Of a stretch of DNA of 64,000 nt, positions 52,796 through 64,000 are shown piece after piece. Location: assembly GCA_964016885.1 (NCBI GenBank), contig OZ024740.1, forward strand, positions 380,618,001 through 380,682,000, written 5' to 3'. The position numbers and the translations under genes are program-made. The first letter of the stretch is position 1, and every line of letters starts with the position of its first letter. Below the pieces are notes generated by a model. The model ran no database searches. It saw only the letters and a program-made list of their open reading frames with translations, and was not told where the DNA came from. Origin of the DNA: Eledone cirrhosa. Its lineage: Eukaryota.

Positions 52796-55203
52796 CGAAG
52801 GAAATGTGGTAATGAACCAGATGGACCATAACGCACCAAAGTACTTAATACTTAGGGTAGTAGAGTGGGTAATAGGAACACGTAGGACCCCGACGGCTGA
52901 GCTCACGTGTTTCGACGGCTAATTCTGGACTAAATAACAATTTTTAGCCTGGTAAATGAATAGCCGAACATCTCAGGGGGTAATTCCATATATGGTAAAA
53001 GTGATTGTCACAAGGATTGGTCAAAAGTTTGTTGTTAAGACATATGATTCTATCATGGCATTTTGTGGAAGGTAGGGGTAGCTGAACTTGCCAGTAGAAG
53101 AAAGAGGGAGAGGGAGTGGAGGAAACCCAGTCAAGCGTTGAAAGTGAAAGATACAGCAGATTCTAAGGATAGTGTATAGAAGGTCGAAAAAAGTATACTA
53201 GAGAGGGGGGGGGGTTGAAACAATAAGTAAACAAAAACGCCATTATAAAAATGAGGAAATATATAAAAAATATATAATAAATATAAAAAAACAATTTCTG
53301 GTTACTACTCCCCTTCCACAATCACCAAATCTCTCACTGGTACTGCTAAGCTATAGAAAAGTTTAATAGGTGGGAAGGAATACTAAATACGAGATTGTAG
53401 TGAAATAATTTTATGAGGTCATCATTACAGGGGGTCTACCACCACTACGATAGTTAGTAGTAATCAGCCAATGCTATCTTACAATGACAGGTTAATATGT
53501 TGAGGACCAACATACTAAAAAAACTAATACGAAATATTAATTCAGAATTCCGAAACTCATACGAAATATTAATTCAGATCCCGAAACATGAATACTAATA
53601 CAATATATATAAAAGTACTGCTACAATACATAAATTCTAATACAATCTGCATAAATACTCATACAATATATATAAAAAACTAATTCAATGTATATAAATA
53701 CTGCTACAATACATACATTCTAATACAATCTACATAAATACTCGTACAATATATATGAAAAACTAATACGAAATATTAATTCAGAATCCCCCAAAAAATT
53801 AAATACTGATATACAAGAAACTAAAGCAGAAATACCACTAAGAAATCTAGAAATCACGGAAATGGGGCGGCAACCAGAGAAGAAAGCAAGTATCTGGGGT
53901 CTAGCACATCTGCTATAAAAAGCGGAATCGGCCAATTCTATCATAAAATAAGAGGTGGGGGTGGGGGTACTGAGGCCACAGAGGACCTAAGGGTGCATAG
54001 GGGTGGGCGAAAAGGTGAAAAGAACGACGACAAAGAAAGAGATCTGGGGTGGAAGGACTAGGAAAGGATGGGGGGAAGAAGGAAATATAGAGGAAACGAT
54101 AAAAAAATATATAAAAAAGAATATATAAAAAAGTTACGTCTACCTTTGTAAGCAGGGGTTACCACTTACAAAGTCGGCAAGTGGGGTGTTTCAGCCCTTG
54201 TCTACCCCCCCCCCCCGGGTCATTATGGGGTTTGAGGGCGAGGTAAGTCTTACGCAATCTGTGTTTGCATGCAGTTACCAGTTCGTCTTTCTTGTTTAGG
54301 AGTTGGTCTGTCGAAAACAGCATTTGTAATGTTTCCTCCGAGCATAAGTTGCACGGACGGCGTCCTCCCGTGTAAGAGTTGACTGGACAGTAAGCTCCAA
54401 GTGAGATTGTAGGTGATATTATTATCTTTGAGGTCCCAGATGTGGCTCGAAAGTGTAGTGGCGTGACGCCGGGCCGGGTTTCGGAAAGTATGTCTGTGTT
54501 GGTAGAGCCGGGTCTTGAAGTCACAAGCGGTTAATCCTATATAAGCTTTGTTGGAGGTGTCCGTCCTCACGTTGCACTGGTAGATCACATTACGATCTCT
54601 GCATCTGTTGTCGAGGGGGCAAAGGGATCCATCAGGACAGTTACACCTCCTGGTCAGCTCTCCACTGCTATCTAGGTTATTTCTTCTATAGGGGTTGAGT
54701 TTTTGTTGTTAGAGGAGACGATGTTTTGTGAAAAGTTAGGTGTGGTGCTGTAGGAGAGTTTGATGGTGTTTTTGTTGATTATATTGTGGTAGCGGTGTTG
54801 TAGTGGGAAGTGTTTCTCGATGAGCTTAAAGAAGATTTTCCCGATAGGTGTTGTCACCTCGGCATTGTGGGGAGGATTGAACCACGTTACGTACGTTACG
54901 TTGCGTGAGCGGCGGTGTCGTCTGCTGGTTCCGCTAATGGAAGCTGGAAAATAGGATATTTCCTCCCGGAAGCCACTCCGCTTGAGGGCCTGGTTGTAAT
55001 AAGGCGCATGTTCCTCGAATATCTGCTCATTAGCGGACAAACGAGATATGCGGAGGGAGATGTTTTTAACCAGGTTATTGGTGATGTTTCTAGGTTGGTT
55101 CGACCGGCGGTGGATGTAGTGAAGGTTGTCGTTTGGTTTCCTGTATGGGTAGTACAGATCGTTATCGAGGTTAAGGGTAACATCCAGGAAGTTTACTCCG
55201 GTT
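52795..55203 (-). mobile_element. 5'-truncated Penelope-like element (Naiad-type): RT C-terminus + GIY-YIG endonuclease + 3' terminal region
   Basis: VNFLDVTL..PYRKPN..YIHRRSN..WFNPP (54672-55229); CNC..CPL..C, VIYQC..AYIGLT..FKTRLYQH, CNLC..LLNKKDELVTACKH (54250-54650). Confidence 0.9.
52888..52980 (-). ncRNA. Degenerate hammerhead ribozyme in the 3' terminal region of the Penelope-like element
   Basis: Minus: cccc-CTGA(-)GA-tgttcggcta...tagccgtc-GAAA-cacgtgagctcagcc-GTC-gggg; one core nucleotide missing. Confidence 0.6.
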
Positions 55204-55277
55204 ACGGACGTTTGGAATACAACAAGCAAATATTTTTATAACTGATATAAAGCACTCAATAAGTATTTGGAGTAAAC

Positions 55278-56562
55278 ATACGATATTAACAAATGGAAAC
55301 TATATTTATAAAACAATATTTATTTCATTATACATATTTCAAGGACACCAAGTTAAATTATGGTGTGCTTTCATCAGACAAAATATAATATAGATCAGTT
55401 TTATAAATAAATATTGACATACCCTTAAAAAATGCAACCATTACTGTTGGAAGCTCCCGGATAGTGGAGTTGTTTAATTATATTATTATTAGTATTGGAT
55501 ATTTTTATTTTTAAAATAAGCCGTTGGGTTACAGAGAAAGAAAAAGATAAAGAAGGAGAGAGAGAAAAAGAGAGAGAGAGAGACCAAAACAACAGAGAGA
55601 GAAAGATATATAGAGAGAGAAGAGACAGAGAGAAGGGGAGAGAACGAAAACTCTAAGTCATATCTTGTTGAGTTAACTTAACAATTGAGATGAAATGAAT
55701 AAATACAATTAGAAATGTTAATAATCATGAATGGAATATACATATATAATATGAGAAATTAATCATTGTGTAAATATGATTAGATGTTTAGTTTATTTAA
55801 AAATTGAGATCAATATATTAAAAATTGGGATCTATACATTAAGAAATCCATATATTGCTAGAGAACTACATATCATATAGTTTGATATGTTATGTATATT
55901 ATAAGTGTGTATATATATTTATATGTATTTTTGCGTGTGTATACGTGTTATATGATATGTAGTTCTCTAGCAATATATGGATTTCTTAATGTATAGATCC
56001 CAATTTTTAATATATTGATCTCAATTTTTAAATAAACTAAACATCTAATCATATTTAAACAATGATTAATTTCTCATATTATATATGTATATTCCATTCA
56101 TGATTATTAACATTTCTAATTTTATTTATTCATTTCATCTCAATAGTTAAGTTAACTCAACAAGATATGACTTAGAGTTTTCGTTCTCTCCTCTTCTCTC
56201 TGTCTCCTCTCTCTCTATATATCTTTCTCTCTCTGTTGTTTTGGTCTCTCTCTCTTTTCTCTCTCTCACTCTTTTTCTCTCTCTCCTTCTTTATCTTTTT
56301 CTTTCTCTGTAACCCAACGGCTTATTTTAAAAATAAAAATATCCAATACTAATAATAATATAATTAAACAACTCCACTATCCGGGAGCTTCCAACAGTAA
56401 TGGTTGCATTTTTAAGGGTATGTCAATATTTATTTATAAAACTGATCTATATTATATTTTGTCTGATGAAAGCACACCATAATTTAACTTGGTGTCCTTG
56501 AAATATGTATAATGAAATAAATATGGTTTTATAAATATAGTTTCCATTTGTTAATATCGTAT
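55278..56562. repeat. Large inverted repeat, ~600-bp arms, ~70-bp spacer
   Basis: 55278-55879 is the reverse complement of 55949-56562 with few differences. Confidence 0.92.
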
Positions 56563-56779
56563 ATATATATATATATATTTGTTAATATTTTGAATTAATA
56601 TTAATAACTCCGGAAAACCATTACTTTGGAGTGCTTCTAATCTATTGTGAAACTTTATTCATTGATTTATTCATTGAACCTTGTTTAACCTTTAATTATA
56701 TATATACATATATATTGTGTGTGGGCGTACATAAGTATATATAAATGTACGTATATATCTCACATATCTCATCAGAAGA

Positions 56780-56970
56780 TCCTCTCACGTACCCGTACCA
56801 TCTCAATTTGCGTTGTTTACAATGGTCAGTAGATCTTCGTAGGGCCCGATGGCTTGCCAAATTCTGTTTCGCACCTCCTCATCGGAGATACGGTCTCTGT
56901 AGGTGATGTCAATTAGCTTTCTGAAGTATCTAATCTCCATAGCCTGTATCCTGTTTTCCAGATCTGCTGT
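56780..56970 (-). mobile_element. RTE-clade LINE fragment
   Basis: LENRIQAMEIRYFRKLIDITYRDRISDEEVRNR..RWYGYV. Confidence 0.8.
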
Positions 56971-57135
56971 ACATAGATGAAAAAGTGGATAAAGTACTAT
57001 AGAAATCAAAGATTAAAGGTAAAAAGTAAAAGTGAATAAGCACAAGGTTATATCTAAAGGTTGTTTTTTTTTTAATCCGACAAAATAAATGTCTATATAA
57101 TTGCTTCATTAAATGCGTTTCAGTTTTTCAAATAT

Positions 57136-57172
57136 AAAAATATGGAACACTTTACGAATTTGCGTGTCATCC
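57136..57172 (-). pseudogene. U6: U6 snRNA 3'-end fragment
   Basis: Minus ggatgacacgcaaattcgtaaagtgttccatattttt vs U6 GGATGACACGCAAATTCGTGAAGCGTTCCATATTTTT (35/37). Confidence 0.88.
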
Positions 57173-57390
57173 ATATTTTTATAATTGACAAAACTTAAAT
57201 CTATTCAATGTAACAACTATAAAAGATATGCATTCTGACGAAAAACATAATTTTCAAATGTCGACTTGTGTCTTTTCAATTTTACTTTTACACACGCACG
57301 TGCACACACACACGCGCGCACAGAGAGAGAGAGAGAGAGACACACACACGCGCACACACAGAGACACACACATATATATATATATGTGTG

Positions 57391-57462
<72 letters not shown>

Positions 57463-57520
57463 TATATGTATGTGTACATATATACACATATATGTTTGTG
57501 TATATATATATATGTATATA

Positions 57521-57589
<69 letters not shown>

Positions 57590-57676
57590 CTATGTGTGTG
57601 GAGGGGGGTATGCGTGTGTTTGAGTTTATATTAGTATATAAATATATGCATATATATGTGTGTGTTTGTGTGTGTT

Positions 57677-57712
<36 letters not shown>

Positions 57713-58109
57713 TAGCTTCATATTTGTGTGTGTGTGTGTGTATATATATAAGTATATATGATTATAAATATATCTATATATAGAATGAAAGATGTACAAA
57801 TTTTATCGTATGTAGATAAGCATACATAAATACACTCGTACACTTCTTATCAGAATGAGCCACTACATCTGTACTGCATAAAATGTATTTGGGTGTATTT
57901 GTTTATGGAGTCTGTTAGACATGTTTACGATTTCATAGTAATTACAGGATATAGTAATCTTCTATTCGACCCTTCACCACCATTCATCTACTCAGGGGTA
58001 GACTTATGACAACTCACAACCACATATATAGTTACATGATACATGGACGTACACACAGGCACAGACACATATATATGTATATATGTATATATATATATAC
58101 ACATACACA

Positions 58110-58191
<82 letters not shown>

Positions 58192-60082
58192 TGGGTGCAT
58201 GTATGTATCTATGTATGCGTATGTTTGTATGTGAAAATGTCGTTATGTATGTACGCGTGTGTTTTCCTTAAAATTACCCCAAGAAAATTTGAGCTAAGTG
58301 ATAATAATTCAATCCTCGCCCCTAATTAATGTATGATATTTAAAACAAGTACAGAGACTCTCTTCCCCAAACATCACCCTTACTTAATTATAACAATGCT
58401 TAATATGATTTGCCATTTCCAAAGTTGTCAGTGTTGTTTTTGCCTTTTGCGTGTTATAGATTTTTTGTTTGTATTTTGTAGATGCTTGCGTTTCGTGTTT
58501 TGATCAATATTAGTGTGTTCCAGTCCCCATCCGCACCCCGTGTTTATTTATATTTTATTCTTGCTACTGTTATTGTTTTTATTGTTGAGGTCTTGCATAG
58601 AAACTTTTTGTTTTTTATAGAGGTGTAATGCTGAATAAGTTGAAACCAACTGAAGTTATTTTCTGCAGCTATTTGCAGCAGACACTTTCACAGTTTGTTT
58701 GACATCAGTGTACTAAGAATGCTTTACATAGGCACGCTGCCATACATTTTCAAAAGAAGGGCACAGCCGACTTTATCAACAACAATAAAACCGTTATTTT
58801 TTGGTTTAAAGACCCCGTGGGAATGAAAAGCAAAGTCAGCTCAGACGGAATTTTAGCACAGAACATAAAAGGAAATTACGTACGAAATAACATTTAGTGA
58901 ATCATTCAACTAAAATGATTTTTACCAATTACCACAAGGTCTTACATTCGTCTGAGGGGCTATAGTTCTTATTTTAACGAGTCCAGTAAAGAGAAATGCA
59001 AAGCTGGCAAGATTTGAAGTGAGAACCTAAGTAATAGAATGTACTCTATATCATGTCCCAAAGTATAAATGGTAAAGTTGACCTTGGCAACATTTTAACT
59101 CTGCACACAAAGAACAAGAATAAATACAACGGGTCTGTCCGACGTTCTATTTATTCTGTCAACAAATTGCGCTTTTCAATCGTGGTTGTAATAATAGATG
59201 TGGTATTCATGTTGTTGTTGAAGTTGGTGATAGCTGTAATAGTGGTAGACGTAATGGTGTTTGATAATATATAGAGTACAATGGTACAGATAGCGGTGTT
59301 AGTGGCTTTGCTTTTGAATTGGTCGAGTATTAGACTGATAGATTTTCAGCAATTAGTTTAAGTCCTTTATATCTCATGTTCGATTTCAACCGTAGCCAAC
59401 ATTACATTTCATCCTTCACAGATCGAGAAAAAGATTGGTGATGAAAGATTTAGACGATATAGCTGACGGTTACTTTCCGGTGAATGTTTGGCTTGTCTCC
59501 AAATTAAGAAACTATTAGTAGTTTTGTAGTTAGCGTGGTATCGTGGTGGTCGGGTTAAGTATCAAACCGATTAAATGCGTGATTAAGGCACCAACGAAAG
59601 GAGACTCTAGATAGCCATATTTATTCTGCTGTCAATGGTAAATAATAAAGTAATAATCATAAAATCAAACCACATGCATTTAATCAATACAAGCATTGAG
59701 TACAACATACAATTTTGAGAAGCAGTTTACGGACATGAACGTGTAGACGATTGAAGGAGAGAGAAAATAGAAACAGAGATTGATAGAGAGAAATAGAGAG
59801 AATTTGTAACTTAGCTTAAGTAACAAAATGTTGATATATAAGACGCATAATGATCATACTAAACATCTCTCATTGTGTTATTTTAATTTTAGAGCCGATC
59901 TACAATCAATACGCCTTAAGTTATTTGTATGTTAAATAAAGGCGTCTGGTAAGATCTTTATCTTCACGTATATATAACGATTTGTCATCGGCACGGCACA
60001 GCTTTAATCGGGCCGTTTGTTTACAAACGGATCGAATATTATTATTAATGTTCCATACAACCCATACGTACATATGTGTGAG

Positions 60083-60169
<87 letters not shown>

Positions 60170-60248
60170 GTGTGTATATATATGTGTGTGTGTACGTATG
60201 CATACTTACATTTATGTATCAGCTGTGCTAGTGCGAGAAATACAATTT

Positions 60249-60333
<85 letters not shown>

Positions 60334-60516
60334 TACACACACGCACACATATATATATATATATATACATACAGATATGCATTGGAATTCCGTTTTCTAA
60401 AGAAATACGGTATGCTTATAAATAAACATTTAGAAAGCCGTAGCTATGCAAAAACCCCGGTGGCTATCGCCACCTGGGGGTGTCCATCAGAAGCAATGGG
60501 GAAACAGGTGAGAATA

Positions 60517-60850
60517 TATATCTGCATACAGCTATGCTCGAATACATATCTGTATACAGCTATGCTCGAATACATATCTGTATACAGCTATGCTCGAATA
60601 CATATCTGTATACTGCTATGCTCGAATACATATCTGTATATTGCTATGCTCGAATACATATCTGTATACTGCTATGCTCGAATACATATCTGTATACTGC
60701 TATGCTAGAATACATATCTGTATACTGCTATGCTAGAATACATATCTGTATACTGCTATGCTAGAATACATATCTCTATACTGCTATGCTAGAATACATA
60801 TCTGTATACTGCTATGCTAGAATACATATCTCTATACTGCTATGCTCGAA
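60517..60850 (+). repeat. 28-bp minisatellite, ~12 units
   Basis: Unit tatctgtatactgctatgctcgaataca. Confidence 0.93.
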
Positions 60851-61017
60851 GCTAAATTCTAATTCAATTCGATTATAAGTTGAGCCAAGTTATACAGCTT
60901 CATATGCAAATGAGATTAATCCCCTCATTTACACAGACGAGAAAACTATATATTCTCGCCTGTTTTCAAGTTAAGCAATTGTAAGTGCGGGAGGGATCGT
61001 CCAATACATATATACTA

Positions 61018-61404
61018 TATGTATAGTATATTTGGCAATATACTGTATAAAAACATTTAGAAGACCATTTGCTATGAGTTTTAAACTAGTGACTATGTCA
61101 CTTACTAATTCTCGGGAAAAACAACAGAGAGTGGCCGATAGACAGTCTGTTTCTCGCTTGTAAGCGTTTATCAAGACCACAGACTCCGCTGCCTTTACCG
61201 ATAGTTATAGAAGCTGGATTCTTATAGAATTCCAGTCATAATCAGGAGCTGATTAAACGAGAAATAGACTGTCTGTCGGCCACTCTCTGTTGTTTTTGCC
61301 GAGAATAAGTAAGTGACATAGTCACTAGTTTAAAACTCATAATGAATGGTCTTCTGAATGTTTTTAATTAAACATACTGTATATTACCAAATATACTATA
61401 CATA
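61018..61404. repeat. Inverted repeat, ~140-bp arms, ~100-bp spacer
   Basis: 61018-61156 vs 61258-61404. Confidence 0.85.
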
Positions 61405-61796
61405 CATTCATGTATACATCGCTATTTCAGAACACACACCAATACTAATATATATATATACACACACAATATGTATATATGTCTGTTATCTAGCCAGAGT
61501 TGAGTAGATTATTGCATTGAGTTAATTAACTCCAATCCTATTCTGTGATCAAAGCAGCTAGCGTCTCACAAGAAGAAAATGGGCGTTTATCTATATATAA
61601 TAATAATAGTTTGACTTTTATATATATTTATTCTGACACAGCGGATGGCAACGATGAAAGGTGTTCATTCGAAATCGTTGACTACAAACTTGTAAGAAAG
61701 TAGGCAATCACAAGTCTAGGTCAAGTCAAAGATATTTCGGTAACGTTTAAATATTGAATATTTGTTCTTAAACCTAGGAGGTAACGTCAAAACAAA

Positions 61797-62160
61797 TAAT
61801 AATTGTTTCTACTTTTGGCACAAGGCCAGCAATTATCCCAGTGCATTTACTTTATCGAAGGATGAAAGGTAAAGTTAACCTCAGTGGGATTTGAAATCAG
61901 ACCGTAAAGGGGCGTAAATCTATGCAGGAAAACATGGCGTCCGACCCTCTAACGATACTACCCATCCAAACAAATAATTGTTTCTACTTTTGGCACAAGG
62001 CCAGCAATTATACCAGTGTATTACTGGTACTTTATTTTATCGAGCACGTAAGGATGAAAGACAAAGTTAACCGCGGGGGGATTTGAACTCAGACCACAAA
62101 GGCCCGTACTCTTTGCTGCAAAGCATGGCATCCGACCCTCTATCGATTCTGCCAATCTAC
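61797..62160 (-). mobile_element. Two tandem SINE family A copies
   Basis: Reverse complement of the 16311-type sequence. Confidence 0.8.
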
Positions 62161-63779
62161 CGTATTTGGCACATTATTATTTGTTTGCCAAACCAAACAA
62201 ATAATAATGTGCCAACATTACTAATTACGAACGACATTCGTATAGCTGTGCAAAATCTGATTTTTAAATATATAATAATCAAGCTTAAGCTTATTGACCA
62301 ATCACATTCTTTGGATGTCTATAAGTAATAATTTCTTCATCGGACATAGAGCCACAGATCAGTAAATCCAATGGATTTGAAGAATGAAATAAAAGATATG
62401 TAACTATCTTTTGCAAGGTATTTGTCCGACAGGCTTCTGTTTCTTTCATTCCAGCTCTATAAAGACTTCTAACTTTGGCAGAAGACTACAACTTTGTAGT
62501 CGATTGAATTGATTACATTATATTAGTGGGCGTTATCAACCCCACTTGCATGAAATGCAAAGTAGATCTGGTTATTATTTGGGCTCAGAACATCGATGGA
62601 ATTGCATCTGGTATTGTTTCGTTTTTACTACTTTATCTACACCGATATATATAATTAATATCGTCTTCTGAGCTTACTTAATCACCAATTACGTGCATAA
62701 CAGTCTCTATCAGTTAGAAATAATCATGGAGCAATGATCATTAATATGGTTTATAAAATAATCACCACTCTTTCTACTTAAACATATATCGCCACAAGCT
62801 TTTGATTAACAAAATTGTTGTGGTACATAAATTCAAATTGTGTGGTGTGACAGTTCGATTTATTTATTCCACTACCCAAGATGAACAGAAACAGTGAGGT
62901 CATATTCAAATTTATTTCAGTCTAAGAAATGCATAAATCAAGTGATCCGACTTCCACAGGGAATCGAGACAAAATCTTTTACTTCTCCACTGTTTACAAC
63001 TAGTTCTACGGTATTTGAGCATGAACTAGGAAAATATATGCGTCTACGAGTTCGCCATAACAAGAACGTTTCACACATTATTGTGAGCGGAACTACAATA
63101 AGTTCATTTATTTTACATGGGTTTGATTAGTACAATTATTCAGTTACGTCTAACGAGAAACGTCTATATGTATCTAAAGAATTTCAGGCCAGATGATATC
63201 GGTTACTATTTCTGTGACAACAAGACTATTTCAGCTTCGCTATGTAAGCTAAATTATCTTTCTCATCGATCTTCGATCTTGACAAACAAGTGTTCTAAAT
63301 GTTCGTTCAACCTAACAATCTACTACTTTGATTATTGTAAGGGCATCTAACAAATCTTTGAAGTATTTATTCCGGCTTCTTGCATTCTGAATTCATATCC
63401 CAACGATGTCAGCTCCCCCTAATAAATGTACCATTTATGGTACATTTATTAGGGAAGTACTGGAGTCGGTTTCTCTTCCATAGTCTCAGAAACAGGTATG
63501 CTGTATTGGAGGGTTTAGCTAGGAATAGCATTTTCTTCTCATCTAGAATACTACAGAACACCATCCTAAGAGACCAAAAACGCAGCGGTCATACTGATAC
63601 AATGTACGGCGGAACGATTTTAAGCATATATATATATACATACAGACATATATATATATATATACTAGACCTGAAAAATGCGCAAGCTCAAAAAAGCCAC
63701 AGAATGCTATAATAAACCTTCAAAAGTGTGGGACTAGGGTTGTTGCTCAAACATATTGTAATCATTATCTATCGTACAG

Positions 63780-63993
63780 TCTGTGGCATCCTTTTATAAA
63801 AAAGCGACTCATAACGAACTCAAGACGACACGATAATTATTTAAGCTAATGTTCAATATCTCATATTAGAGGTTTAGTAATGATTAATACGAAATGCACT
63901 TAAACCGAATTCTATATTATAAATTCACTTAAATAATTATCGTGTCGTCTTGAGTTCGTTATGAGTCTCTTTTTTATAAAAGGATGCCACAGA
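63780..63993. repeat. Inverted repeat, ~62-bp arms
   Basis: 63780-63842 vs 63931-63993. Confidence 0.85.
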
Positions 63994-64000
63994 GTCTAAG

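Noticed and set aside
60517-60850. 28-bp repeat array (and the 37-bp array at 17252-17468) as CRISPR
   Set aside because: Head-to-tail units without unique spacers, no cas genes, eukaryotic context.

Overview
AT-rich, microsatellite-dense animal DNA. The SINE families and repeat landscape suggest an octopus or other cephalopod (inference). No intact host gene is supportable; the window is mostly mobile-element remnants. Main contents: (1) a near full-length, frameshifted R2-A-type retrotransposon (3 zinc fingers, Myb, RT, CCHC, RLE) outside rDNA, bracketed by a ~130-140 bp direct duplication; (2) two L1/Tx1-type LINEs with 12-13 bp TSDs in GATA/GA-rich repeats; (3) a young non-autonomous LTR element with a 32-nt tRNA-Trp-matching PBS; (4) a Penelope-like (Naiad-type) RT/GIY-YIG fragment plus several hammerhead-ribozyme motifs, mostly near (TA)n tracts; (5) a ~600-bp non-coding retroposon family in (TATG)n; (6) RTE, R4/Dong and mariner remnants, Helitron-like elements, MITEs, tRNA-SINEs, a U6 fragment and many fold-back inverted repeats. 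Most ORFs in the supplied track are microsatellite translations. Coordinates were read by eye and may be off by a few bases.
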